Source of the DNA: Spirochaetales bacterium
GTDB lineage: Bacteria; Spirochaetota; Spirochaetia; JABEVK01
Direction of reading: 5' to 3'
Assembly (NCBI GenBank): GCA_037142615.1
Contig: JBAXAI010000017.1
Coordinates: 1 to 64,000 of the forward strand
Length of the DNA: 64,000 nucleotides
Shown here: positions 1 through 11,825 of the stretch, in pieces
Numbering within the stretch: position 1 is the first letter of the stretch
Layout of the letters: each line of letters starts with the position of its first letter
Made by a program: the position numbers and the translations under genes
The notes under the pieces: model-generated
Databases searched by the model: none
What the model saw: only the letters and a program-made list of their open reading frames with translations
What the model was told of the DNA's origin: nothing

Positions 1-25
1 AATGGCCCGAGTCGCGAATTGGGCC

Positions 26-442
26 TCAAACAGCGTCGAGAGCCCTTTCCACGGCGTGCCAAGCCAAAGTCGCGCATTTCACCCTGACGGGGAGTTCTAC
101 GATGCCTTTGAGGGCGGCTAGGTCGCCTAGGTCGTCGAGGGTTTCGGGGGGGAGTTCGCCGCGGATGACCGACAGGAAGCTATGCACGAGGTTCTTCGCT
201 TCGTCGACGGTCTTGCCGGTCAGCAAATCGGTCATCATCGAAGCGCTGCACATCGAAATGGAACAGCCACTGCCGTCGAAGCTGACGGTGCGGATATGCT
301 GACCGTCGCCCTCGATCTCGACCTTCACGCTGTCGCCGCACGACGGGTTCTCAACGGCCTTGAGGTGGCTCAGTGGTTTCTTGTTGCGAGGATTCTTGTA
401 GTGGTCGCGGATGATTTCCTGGTACATTTCGTCGTAGGCCAT
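26..442 (-). CDS. sufU: SUF system Fe-S cluster assembly sulfur-transfer protein SufU (NifU/IscU family)
   Basis: Motifs YQEIIRDHYKNPRN, NPSCGD, GCSISMCSAS and RVKCATLAW; lies downstream of sufCBDS. Confidence 0.93.
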   Translation of the reverse strand: MAYDEMYQEIIRDHYKNPRNKKPLSHLKAVENPSCGDSVKVEIEGDGQHIRTVSFDGSGCSISMCSASMMTDLLTGKTVDEAKNLVHSFLSVIRGELPPETLDDLGDLAALKGIVELPVRVKCATLAWHAVERALDAV

Positions 443-507
443 GCGGTCAAAGTAACGGATTTGTGGGGGCTCGACAAGGACAGGGGGTGGTCGCGTACAG
501 TGGCTGC

Positions 508-1395
508 GTGGCCCGTTTCCTCAAAGTCGCGACCTTCAACGCCGAGAACTTCTCGCTGCTGCTCAGCGGCATCCGCAGCCGTGTCCAGCTCGACGAGCTC
601 ACCGAAGCCGCGTACCAGTCCATGAACGCCTCAATCTTCAACCCGAACAAAGAGCGCCGCAAAATCGCTGAGATCGCGAGGCTTATCCTGACCGGCCGGT
701 TCGACGTTGTCGGCCTCTGTGAAGTCGGCGGCCGCGAAACCCTGGAGGCTTTCAACCGCCTCTATCTGGACGGTGGCTTCGATACCTACCTGCACGAAGA
801 GAACTCGCGGCGGGGCATTTTTGTGGGGGCTCTGGTAAGGAAGGGCCGGTTTTCCGAACTCAAGGCCAGCAATCTCCCGGGGGCGTTCGCGCGCAACGTT
901 TTGCGCCTGGATCTGGGAAGAGTCGGTGGCAACCTGCAAGTGTTCGTCGTTCACCTGAAAAGCCAGCTGGGCAGCGACTGGGGCCTGGAGCACCGACTCA
1001 AGGAAGTCGCCTGGTTGAGTTCTGTGGTTCCCACCACGCGCTGCGTTGTGATGGGAGATTTCAACGGCATTTTGATCCGGGAGCAACCGCAGTTCGAGTA
1101 CGAGGCGTTCCTGCGGCTCCCGTTCCGCGATGTCCTCGAGGCCGTAGGCGTTCCGCCTGAAAAACGGCGCACGCACTACCACTTTGCTCCCGAGCCCCAC
1201 TTTGCCCAGTTGGACTATATCTTCTGCAGCAACGACTTACTCGTAAGGAACGCGAAGGTTCTCGAAGGCAAAATCCCCCTCAACCGTGCCCAGCGGAACT
1301 ACTTGCCGTCGGACCATCTGATGGTCGAAGCCAAGGTCGGCTGGCACGAAGAGAAGGCCCAGTTTTGGTCTAGAGTGTGGCGATGGCTTCGATGA
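508..1395 (+). CDS. Endonuclease/exonuclease/phosphatase (EEP) family protein
   Basis: Motifs ATFNAENF, GLCEV, VHLKS, MGDFN, LDYIF and PSDH; GTG at 508 chosen as start (ORF is open from 463). Confidence 0.88.
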   Translation: MARFLKVATFNAENFSLLLSGIRSRVQLDELTEAAYQSMNASIFNPNKERRKIAEIARLILTGRFDVVGLCEVGGRETLEAFNRLYLDGGFDTYLHEENSRRGIFVGALVRKGRFSELKASNLPGAFARNVLRLDLGRVGGNLQVFVVHLKSQLGSDWGLEHRLKEVAWLSSVVPTTRCVVMGDFNGILIREQPQFEYEAFLRLPFRDVLEAVGVPPEKRRTHYHFAPEPHFAQLDYIFCSNDLLVRNAKVLEGKIPLNRAQRNYLPSDHLMVEAKVGWHEEKAQFWSRVWRWLR

Positions 1396-2629
1396 CCGCG
1401 GCGATGAAGGCGTCGGCCTCGGTGACCGTGTTGTAGAAGTAGAAGCTCGCCCGGGCGGTGCTGACGACCCCGAGGCGACGGGCCAGGGGGTGGGCGCAGT
1501 GATGGCCCGCGCGGATGGCAATGCCCTTGGTGTCGAGGAAGGCGGCCAGGTCGTGGGCGTGAACGCCCTCAACGGCGAAGCTGAGAATGCCGCCCTTTCC
1601 CGGTGCCGTTCCATACACCTTGACGCCGGGAAGCGCCACCAACTGCTCGGTGGTGTACTGCGTTAACAGCTGTTCGTAGCGGTGGATGAAGTCCAGTCCG
1701 ACCATGTCGAGGTAGTCGATGGCGGCCGACAGCCCCGCGGCGCCTTCGATATGCGGAGTACCGGCCTCGAACTTGTAGGGCAGCACGTTGGGTTCAAAGT
1801 GGTCGATCCAGACGGAACGGATCATGTTGCCCCCCCCCTGCACCGGAGGAAGCTTTTCGAGCCAATTCTTTTTGCCGTAAAGAACTCCGAAGCCGGTGGG
1901 GCCGAGCATCTTGTGGCTGCTGAAGGCCAGAAAATCACAATCGAGGGCCTGCACGTCGAGCTTCAGGTGGGGCGCGGCTTGCGCGGCGTCGACCAGGACG
2001 GGGACTCCGCGCGCATGGGCAAAGGCAACGATGTCGGCCACCGGATTGAGGGTACCCAGCACGTTGCTCATGGCCGAAACCGCGACCAGCCTGACCCGGT
2101 CGGTCCAGAGTCCGGCCAGCTTGTCGATCTGCAAAACTCCCTCATCGGTGATGGGAATCACCTTGAGCGACAGACCCTTGGCTTCGGCCGCCATCTGCCA
2201 GGGCACCAAGTTGGCGTGGTGTTCCATCTCTGTAAGCAGAATCTCGTCGCCCGCCGACAGACCTTGCGTGAACGTCTGCGCCAGCAGATTGATGCTGTCG
2301 GTGGTGCCGCGTGTGAAGATAATCTCTTCGCGGTGAGCAGCGTTCAGGAAGGTCCGCACCCGGTCGCGGGCGCCTTCGTAGATGCGGGTGCTTTCTTCTC
2401 CCAAACTATGAATGGCACGGCTGACGTTGGCGTTGCTAGTCTCGTAGTAGTCGACCAACGCGTCGATGACGACCTGGGGCTTCTGCGTGGTGTTGGCGTT
2501 GTCGAGGTAAACCAGCTTGCGGGGTTTGCCCCCGAAGACCAGCGGCCGGTTCAAGATCGGGAAATCGAGCCGCAGAAAGTTCACCTTCTCCTGCGAACCC
2601 ATCAGCTCGAGGAGGTCGGCGGGGTTCAA
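1370..2629 (-). CDS. sufS: Cysteine desulfurase SufS
   Basis: YLDNANTTQKP, HHANLVPW, FSSHKMLGPTG (PLP lysine) and RAGHHCA group-II motif. Confidence 0.96.
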   Translation of the reverse strand: MNPADLLELMGSQEKVNFLRLDFPILNRPLVFGGKPRKLVYLDNANTTQKPQVVIDALVDYYETSNANVSRAIHSLGEESTRIYEGARDRVRTFLNAAHREEIIFTRGTTDSINLLAQTFTQGLSAGDEILLTEMEHHANLVPWQMAAEAKGLSLKVIPITDEGVLQIDKLAGLWTDRVRLVAVSAMSNVLGTLNPVADIVAFAHARGVPVLVDAAQAAPHLKLDVQALDCDFLAFSSHKMLGPTGFGVLYGKKNWLEKLPPVQGGGNMIRSVWIDHFEPNVLPYKFEAGTPHIEGAAGLSAAIDYLDMVGLDFIHRYEQLLTQYTTEQLVALPGVKVYGTAPGKGGILSFAVEGVHAHDLAAFLDTKGIAIRAGHHCAHPLARRLGVVSTARASFYFYNTVTEADAFIAAVIEAIATL

Positions 2630-3839
2630 CGTGCCCCCCCGGAAGCCGGGGAACGCAGCGAGTCTTCTACCACGCGCTCGAGTTCCCCACGCAACGCTTC
2701 GGGAGCCTCGTCGATCAACTCAGCAAACAGGCCTTCGGAGATGATCAGACGGGCCTCATCACGAGAGAAGCCGCGGGCCATGAGGTAGAACACCTCGTCT
2801 TCGTTCACCTTGCCGGTCGTGGAACCGTGGGAGCACTTGACGTCGTTGGTGTCGATCTTGAGCTGCGGCAGACTGTCGGCCCGCGCGCCGTCGTTGAGGA
2901 TGAGGTTCTTGTTGCTGAGGTAGGCATCGGTGCCGGGGGCCGTCGGCGCGACTTCGATGAGGCCCTGGAAGATGGTCCGGGACCGGTCGCGAACGGCGCC
3001 CTTGTACAGCGCGTAGCTAGTCGTGTGTGGAGCGCGGTGCGTGGTGGCGATGCGCAGGTCCTTGTGCTGGTCACTGGTGCCGAAGTACAGGCCGTGGGTC
3101 TTGAGGTTGGCGCCTTCGCCGTCGAGTGAAAACTCGAAGCGGCTCTTCACGACGCCACCGCCGAGACAGGCCTGCCAGTGAAACAACTGGGCATCGCGCC
3201 CCAGGCGGGCGAAGCTGTGATCGAGCACAGCCGCGGAAAGGTTGTGGTTCTGCAGGTCGCACAGGCGAAAGTGCGCCCCGTCGTCGAGTTGCACGGTGGT
3301 TGCGGTGTGCGTGGTGAAGGCCGTGCCAGCCGGCGAGTCGCTGCGTATCACCAGCGACGCTTGGCTGAGCGACCCGGCATGAATAGCAAAGTGAGGCACC
3401 GACAGCACTTCTTTGCGCGTCTCGGTGAGGTGGATCAAGAACGGTTTGTCGGCGACGACCTTGGGTGGCAGCACCAGTACAGCGCCGAACTCGAGGTTCT
3501 GGTAGTGGTGCAACGAAGCCTGGGTATCGCAAAGGGCCTCGGCGATGGTGAGGAACTTGGTCACGCTGGCGGGGGCCTGGGTCAGCAATCCCAACTGCAC
3601 CCCGGCGGCCTTGAGCGCCGGATCGAGAACGACCCCGGTCAGCGCACCGTCGACAAACCTCAACTGACCGGCCCACTGGGCGTCGGCCTGGAGCGTTTCA
3701 GGTGCCGGAACTCGGCTTCCGACGGCTTTTGCTGCCGGCCGCGTCGCCCGGGTGTCGAGGGCAAAACGCGCCAGTTTGCTGCGGTGCCATTCCTCGTTGG
3801 TGCGGCCGGGCCACTCGAGAGCGGGGGCTTTGGTGGCAA

Positions 3840-3843
<4 letters not shown>
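2626..3843 (-). CDS. sufD: Fe-S cluster assembly protein SufD
   Basis: [17 protein letters not shown] and FYLMARG motifs; position between sufB and sufS. Confidence 0.92.
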
Positions 3844-5261
<1,418 letters not shown>

Positions 5262-5269
5262 GGGGCCTC

Positions 5270-6030
<761 letters not shown>

Positions 6031-6031
<1 letters not shown>

Positions 6032-6333
6032 CAGATGGGCATTCCTAGGGTGAGCTTGAGTTCTTCGGACATCATGGACTGGTTCCACGGCGGGTCCCAC
6101 ACGATGGTCGCGGTGACGTTTTGGGCTCCCGTGCGGGCCTTGACGGTCTCTTGCAGGTCTTCGACGAGCAGGTCACCCACGGGACACGCGGGACTGGTCA
6201 GGGTGAGCTCGATCTCGACGCGGTCTTCGTGCACATCGACCTTGTAGATGAGCCCCAGGTCGAGGATGGGTAGACCCAAGTCAGGGTCGAGAACTTCTCC
6301 CACGGCGGCGTAAACATCCTCGAGAGTTGGCAT
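6031..6333 (-). CDS. Metal-sulfur cluster assembly factor (DUF59/SufT-like)
   Basis: DPDLGLPILDLGLIY, TLTSPACP and WDPPW; first gene of the suf operon. Confidence 0.9.
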
Positions 6334-6344
6334 GGATTCCCCCT

Positions 6345-6383
6345 ATTCCTGACTATGGTACTCATATTCAGCGCCTCTTTCAA
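6345..6383 (-). promoter_or_regulatory. Sigma70-type promoter of the suf operon, overlapped by a candidate Rrf2/IscR-like operator
   Basis: Minus strand TTGAAA-N17-TACCAT; ATTCCTGACTATGGTACTCATATTC (6345-6369) resembles the type-1 IscR box TGAC-N7-(G/C)TC. Confidence 0.5.
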
Positions 6384-6459
6384 GATAGGTCTTTTAGGGA
6401 GTTTATTCAAGTGAGAACATGACTGGACGAGTGAGCTTTAGAATGGTATTTTGGGCCTC

Positions 6460-7035
6460 ATGCTGCCCCACGCTCTTGTCGTCCTTTGCCACCCCAACAC
6501 CTCCGGTTTCAATCAAGCCATCGCCGAAGCCGCCGTGGCCGCGCTGAAAAAAACCCACGAAGTGACCCTGCTCGACTTGTACCGCAGCGGCTTTGATCCC
6601 GTGCTTCCGTACAACGAGATTCCCCGCAAGTTCAGTTTCGACGAAAAGACTCTCGAGTTCATGGAACTGGTCAAGCGTTCGCAGACCTTTGTGTTTGTGC
6701 ACCCCGACTGGTGGGGTGGCCCGCCGGCGCTGCTCAAGGGCTTTATCGACCGCGTGTTCCGCCCGGGCGTTGCCTACGAGTTCGATGGCTACGCCTTCCT
6801 GTCGAACCAAAAGAGAGCTCTGCTCGAAGGCCGCAAGGCTGCTGTGTTCACCACCACCGACTACGCCAAACCCGCAGGAAGCTACCCGCCGGAAGAGATT
6901 TGGCGCACCAACGTGCTGGCGTATTGCGGCATCACCAACCCCGGCCTGCACACCTTTTTTGGCACCTACGAGTCGAGCTACGAGGCCCGCCACGCCTGGA
7001 TTGCCAGCGTGGGCGAGAAGCTGGCCCTGCTCTAG
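6460..7035 (+). CDS. Flavodoxin-fold NAD(P)H-dependent oxidoreductase (quinone reductase-like)
   Basis: HPNTSGFN, DLYRSGFDP and HPDWWGGPPALLKGFIDRV motifs. Confidence 0.9.
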   Translation: MLPHALVVLCHPNTSGFNQAIAEAAVAALKKTHEVTLLDLYRSGFDPVLPYNEIPRKFSFDEKTLEFMELVKRSQTFVFVHPDWWGGPPALLKGFIDRVFRPGVAYEFDGYAFLSNQKRALLEGRKAAVFTTTDYAKPAGSYPPEEIWRTNVLAYCGITNPGLHTFFGTYESSYEARHAWIASVGEKLALL

Positions 7036-7039
7036 CTGC

Positions 7040-7900
7040 CTACCGATCGAAAAGAGGAACCATTTCCTGCCGGGCAATGAGGGCGGCCATCGAGGCCTCG
7101 TCGGGCCGAACCGTGTAGCGTGAAGCGGCTGACAGCACTTTTGGCAGGACGTGAATGTCACCAATGGTGTTGAGAAACACGTCGGGATTGCCCAGAACCC
7201 AGTGGACGGCAAGGTCAATGTCGGTTTGCTCGACCAATGGCTCGTACCACGTGCTCGCAAAATGCGCCGAGCCAGTCCAGGGCCGACGGACCAACGACTT
7301 GATGGTCTGGACAGCGATGTTGCGGGCTTTGGCGAGCGCAAAAACCTCGCCCGCTTCGCTCAGGTACTGGGTTTTCTGCATCAGAATATGGCTGTAAGGC
7401 AACAGCACGGTGTCAAAGTCGAACCTCTCGAAGCTCCGTAGGTGCATGGCGGCGACCGTCCAATCGTGCCCGGTTACCCCGACAAAGCGGGTGAGGCCCT
7501 GTTCGCGGGCTTCGACGACGGCTTCGAGCGCTCCGTTTGGTGACAGGGCGGTCTTCCATTCGTCCGGGTCGACCAAATAGTGCAACTGGATCAGATCGAC
7601 ATTTGCCACCTTCAGGCGGTCGAGCGAGCGGTGGATCTGCTCCTTGGCGGCCTGATAGGTCCGCTGGTCGGTTTTGGTGGCCAAGAAGAAATCCTGGCGG
7701 TGTCGTGCCATCCACGGCCCGAGGCGAAGTTCGGAATCGCCATAACTGGCAGCGGTGTCGATGTGGTTGACCCCGAACTTCAGCAGGACTTCGAGGGTCC
7801 GGTCGGCCTCGTCCTGGGTCACGCTGCCCAAGGCGGCGGCACCAAAAATCGTGCGGCTGCTGAGGTGCCCGGTACGCCCGAAAACCGACTTTGGAATCAT
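7040..7900 (-). CDS. Aldo/keto reductase
   Basis: [36 protein letters not shown] and GVTGH. Confidence 0.92.
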   Translation of the reverse strand: MIPKSVFGRTGHLSSRTIFGAAALGSVTQDEADRTLEVLLKFGVNHIDTAASYGDSELRLGPWMARHRQDFFLATKTDQRTYQAAKEQIHRSLDRLKVANVDLIQLHYLVDPDEWKTALSPNGALEAVVEAREQGLTRFVGVTGHDWTVAAMHLRSFERFDFDTVLLPYSHILMQKTQYLSEAGEVFALAKARNIAVQTIKSLVRRPWTGSAHFASTWYEPLVEQTDIDLAVHWVLGNPDVFLNTIGDIHVLPKVLSAASRYTVRPDEASMAALIARQEMVPLFDR

Positions 7901-7924
7901 GAGAGCCTCCTCACGGCGCGTGGC

Positions 7925-8392
7925 CTACAGCGTCAGGCCATTGACCAGCAAGTTCCCCAAAGCGCGGGAATCCTTGACTTCGTTGGAGGAGGAGGCCACC
8001 AGCGCGGCAGTCAGGTTGCCGCCCTTGAGCAAGTCGCCTTTGGGTCCGACGAGTTGGTAGCTGACGTGGTCAAGCAGCACTTCTTTTTCTTTGCCGGCCT
8101 TCCAATAGACGCGGAAGTACACCACTTTGCTGGCACCGTAACTGCGCGAGAGGTTCGACAGCCACTGCGCCGAGGGATCGACCGACTCGTCTTTCATCGC
8201 GGTGTCAAAGGCGATGTCGCCCTTGTCGAACAGTTTGTCGAACACCATGTCGACCAAAGTCTGCGAAACACCACTCTGAAAGCCATCCGCATTGGTGGCC
8301 GGGAGGCTCTGGGCGTGGCAGATGAGCACCGTCTCGGCGGTGAGTGAGGTGGCCAGCAGGGCCACGAGTGCGATTACAACAAGTCGTTTCAT
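7925..8392 (-). CDS. Hypothetical exported protein
   Basis: Signal-peptide-like N-terminus MKRLVVIALVALLATSLTA; RBS GGAGG upstream. Confidence 0.7.
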   Translation of the reverse strand: MKRLVVIALVALLATSLTAETVLICHAQSLPATNADGFQSGVSQTLVDMVFDKLFDKGDIAFDTAMKDESVDPSAQWLSNLSRSYGASKVVYFRVYWKAGKEKEVLLDHVSYQLVGPKGDLLKGGNLTAALVASSSNEVKDSRALGNLLVNGLTL

Positions 8393-8445
8393 CTTGTCCT
8401 CCGTTTGACTTCTCGGCAGAACCGCGATTGTGCTAAAATCAGAGT

Positions 8446-9024
8446 GTGAACTATTACGTGATCCGGGTAGAGCCCCAGCGGGAACAGGTGTTCAGCGAGC
8501 AAACGGCCAAGCAGCTCGACGACCCGGCGGTGCAGGTGATGTTCCCCCGCCGCAAGATGATCCACCTGCGCAAGGGCAAGCGCAAAGAGGTCGAGGTGGC
8601 TTTGTTCCCGGGCTACGTGTTCTTGCGCCTCGAGACTCCTCTGGAAGCCCCGCTCTACGACAAGCTCAAACGAGTTCCCGGTTTCGTGTTGTTCCTCAAA
8701 CAGGAGGGTGAGGCCCAGGAGGTCAAAGGCCCCGACCTGAAGCTGCTGAGCCACTTTCTGCGCTTCGGCGAGGTGGTGCCGGTCAGCACGGTGTGGTTCG
8801 ACGAAAACCAGCGCATCCGCGTGCATTCTGGCCCCATGGAAGGGCTCGAGGGCCAGGTGATCCACGTCGACAAGCGCAAGCGCCGGGCCAAAATAAGGCT
8901 CGACTTTGATCAGGGCGAGTTCACGATTACACTGGCGTTCGAGGTGCTCGAGAAAATGCCCGAAAGTCCAACTACGGCAGCAGGCGCGGCGAAGGCTGCA
9001 GGCGCTGCGAAGGGAGCGCCATGA
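8446..9024 (+). CDS. loaP: NusG-paralog transcription antiterminator (LoaP-like)
   Basis: NGN domain (YYVIRV...FPRRKMIHLRKGK...LFPGYVFL) and KOW domain (SGPMEGLEG...DKRKRRAKI); heads a glycan operon. Confidence 0.8.
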   Translation: MNYYVIRVEPQREQVFSEQTAKQLDDPAVQVMFPRRKMIHLRKGKRKEVEVALFPGYVFLRLETPLEAPLYDKLKRVPGFVLFLKQEGEAQEVKGPDLKLLSHFLRFGEVVPVSTVWFDENQRIRVHSGPMEGLEGQVIHVDKRKRRAKIRLDFDQGEFTITLAFEVLEKMPESPTTAAGAAKAAGAAKGAP

Positions 9025-10496
9025 CCCCTCCACCAGCCCGACGCACGATCATCCTCGGTGCCGGTTTTGCCGGCAAGGCGTTGGCCCGCGAAATCCAGGC
9101 CCGGATGCCCGACCGTCACCTGGTGGGCTTCTTGGACGACGACGAGGCCAAACAGGGCACCGAGGTCGAGGGGCTGCCTGTTCGCGGTCCCATCGCCCTT
9201 GTCAAGTCGCTGGCGGCCGAGTTGGACGAGGCCTTCATCGCGATTCCCAGCGCCACCAAGAACCAACTTCGCTCCATCTGGCAGACGCTGGTCGAAGCGG
9301 GCATCCCGAAGATCCAGATTCTTCCCGCAATCAGCCAGATTGTCGACGGCGAACCCCACCTGGTGCTCACACGCGAGATTGACCCGCAGGACTTGCTGGG
9401 CCGCAACCCCGTGCAGATTTCGCTGCGCCAAAGCCTGGCCTACCTGCAGGGCAAACGCGTGCTCATCACGGGCGCCGGGGGAAGTATCGGCAGCGAACTG
9501 GCGCGGCAACTGCTGTCGGGCGGTGCGGAACGGCTGTACCTCTACGGTCACGGCGAAAACAGCATCTACCAGATCGACAAGGAATTACGCGTTCTTCAGC
9601 AGGGCGGTGTCGGCGAAAGGGCCACCATCGTGCCGGTCATCGGTGATTTGAAGGACGAGGGGCACTTGAAGTTCCTCATCGAGCGCATGAAAGTTGACGT
9701 GATTTTCCATACTGCGGCGCACAAGCACGTGCCCCTGATGGAACTCAACCCCGTCGAGGCCGTGACCAACAACATTTTTGGTACAAGGCACCTCGTCGAA
9801 GCCGCGCTGGCTGCCGGTACCAAGAGGTTTGTGCTCATCAGCACCGATAAGGCCGTCGACCCGAACTCGATCTATGGCGTCACGAAGAAGCTGTGCGAAG
9901 ACATCGTGCTCGACGCGAACAAGCGGGCCGCGCCGGGCAACCATTTCATGGTGGTGCGGTTTGGCAATGTGCTGGGCTCGCGCGGCAGCATCATCCCCCT
10001 GTTCCGGGAGCAGATTCTGGCCGGTGGGCCGGTGACCATCACCGACAAGCGGGCCAGCCGCTACTTCATGACGATACCCGAGGCTTCCAGCTTGGTGTTG
10101 CAGGCTGGCGGCGTGGGCAGCGGCGGCAACCTGTACCTGCTCGACATGGGCGAGCCCATTGTGATTGAAGACCTCGCGGCGCAGATCATGAAGTTCTACG
10201 GCAAGCGGCCCCACCTCGACATCCAGTTTGAGTACATCGGTTTGCGCCCTGGTGAGCGGCTCGAGGAGAGGCTTTCGGCCGACGACGAAGAGCCCGTACC
10301 GACGGCGTACGCCCGCCTGAACCGACTGGTGCGTCCGGCCGTGAGCCGTGACCTTCGGCCGTTCTTCCGCCTGCTCGACCCGGTGTGCTTTTTTGACCCG
10401 GAGCAGCCGTCGCTGTATCGCAACCGCCAGCACCTGCGAACCGTTCTGCGAGCTTGGTGCCCCACTCTGGAAGAGAAAAATGAACCCGAATACTGA
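9021..10496 (+). CDS. Nucleotide-sugar 4,6-dehydratase (CapD/PglF-like, lacking the N-terminal membrane domain)
   Basis: TGAGGSIGSE, HTAAHKHVP, ISTDKAV, YGVTK and VRFGNVLGSRGS. Confidence 0.92.
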   Translation: MTPPPARRTIILGAGFAGKALAREIQARMPDRHLVGFLDDDEAKQGTEVEGLPVRGPIALVKSLAAELDEAFIAIPSATKNQLRSIWQTLVEAGIPKIQILPAISQIVDGEPHLVLTREIDPQDLLGRNPVQISLRQSLAYLQGKRVLITGAGGSIGSELARQLLSGGAERLYLYGHGENSIYQIDKELRVLQQGGVGERATIVPVIGDLKDEGHLKFLIERMKVDVIFHTAAHKHVPLMELNPVEAVTNNIFGTRHLVEAALAAGTKRFVLISTDKAVDPNSIYGVTKKLCEDIVLDANKRAAPGNHFMVVRFGNVLGSRGSIIPLFREQILAGGPVTITDKRASRYFMTIPEASSLVLQAGGVGSGGNLYLLDMGEPIVIEDLAAQIMKFYGKRPHLDIQFEYIGLRPGERLEERLSADDEEPVPTAYARLNRLVRPAVSRDLRPFFRLLDPVCFFDPEQPSLYRNRQHLRTVLRAWCPTLEEKNEPEY

Positions 10497-10638
10497 CAGG
10501 CCGCGCGGGCTACTGCGGCGCCCCCGGTCCGCGCCGAATCCGCGTTCGAGTCCTCACGTGTCAAAGACACGCTCCGGTTCTCACTTTGGCTTCGGCTTGC
10601 CCGCAGGCGTCCTCGCTACGCCCGGGCGGCCTGTCAGT
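10492..10638. repeat. MITE-like palindromic intergenic element with terminal inverted repeats
   Basis: 13-bp perfect inverted repeat ACTGACAGGCCGC (10492-10504 and 10626-10638), extendable to 19 bp with one mismatch; internal hairpin CGTGTC-AAA-GACACG. Confidence 0.75.
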
Positions 10639-10649
10639 GGGGGGCGACG

Positions 10650-11825
10650 ATGAACGACGATAGGTCCCCTATCCCTTTCAGCCGGCCAGTGCTGGGAGTG
10701 GAGGAAGAAGAGGCGGTGGTGGCGGTGCTGCGCTCGGGTTGGCTGACCACGGGCAAGGTGACGGCCGCGTTCGAGGCCGAGTTTGCAGCCTACTGCGAGG
10801 TACCGATCGCGCTGGCGGTGAACAGCGCGACAGCCGGGTTGCACCTGGCGCTCGAGGCGCTGGGCGTGGGTCCCGGCGACGTGTGTGCGGTGCCCAATTA
10901 CACCTTCACGGCGACGGCCGAAGTGGTGCGCTACCTCGGAGCCGAGGTGGCCCTGATCGACTGCGAAACCGACAGCGCCAACCTCGACATGGGGGCGTTG
11001 GAACGGGTGCTGGCAGCGCAGAAGATCAAAGTGGTCCTTCCCGTGCATCTGGCGGGCGAACCAGTGGATTGGCCACAGTTGAAGGCCCTGCAAGCGATGT
11101 ACGGCTTCCGTATCGTTGAGGACGCCGCGCACGTGTTCCCTGCCCGCTGCGACGAGGGCTATTACGGGGCGCTCGGCGACATCGGCGTGTACTCGTTCTA
11201 CGCCAACAAAAACATGACCACCGGCGAAGGTGGCATGATCGTCACCCGCAACCCCGAGTGGGCGGCCCGCATGAGGGTGATGCGCCTGCATGGCATCGAC
11301 CGCGACGCGTTTGAGCGTTTCACGAGCGTCAAGGCCACCGGCGCGGCGGCCAGTTGGGAATACGCCGTCGTCGCCCCGGGCTACAAGTACAACCTCACCG
11401 ACATCGCCAGCGCCATCGGCCGCGAACAGCTCAAAAAGGCCGCCGGGTTTTGGCGCCAGCGCCAGGAATTGGTGAAGGCGTATAACTCGCTCCTCGCTGG
11501 AGTTCCGGGCTTGGACCTGCCACGCGGGCGCGATGACCACGCCTACCACGTATATTCGGTGCTCTTGCCGCTCGGAACCGACCGCAGCGTGGTCGTTACG
11601 AAGCTCACCGAGCAGGGCATCGGGATTTCCGTACACTACATCCCTCTGCACCGGATGCCCTACTGGAAGACAACTTACTCGTTGCAGAGCAAAGACTTCC
11701 CAAACTCCGAAGCCCGTTTTTCCCGGACTTTGTCGTTGCCACTCTACCCGGCGCTCAGCCTAGCCCAGGTGGAGCGGGTGTGCCTGGCTCTGCGCCAAGC
11801 CCTTCACGGCTCCGGGGGGGTCTGA
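10650..11825 (+). CDS. DegT/DnrJ/EryC1/StrS family PLP-dependent sugar aminotransferase
   Basis: SGWLTTG, NSATAGLHLAL, EDAAH, SFYANKNMTTGEGG and GYKYNLTD. Confidence 0.94.
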   Translation: MNDDRSPIPFSRPVLGVEEEEAVVAVLRSGWLTTGKVTAAFEAEFAAYCEVPIALAVNSATAGLHLALEALGVGPGDVCAVPNYTFTATAEVVRYLGAEVALIDCETDSANLDMGALERVLAAQKIKVVLPVHLAGEPVDWPQLKALQAMYGFRIVEDAAHVFPARCDEGYYGALGDIGVYSFYANKNMTTGEGGMIVTRNPEWAARMRVMRLHGIDRDAFERFTSVKATGAAASWEYAVVAPGYKYNLTDIASAIGREQLKKAAGFWRQRQELVKAYNSLLAGVPGLDLPRGRDDHAYHVYSVLLPLGTDRSVVVTKLTEQGIGISVHYIPLHRMPYWKTTYSLQSKDFPNSEARFSRTLSLPLYPALSLAQVERVCLALRQALHGSGGV

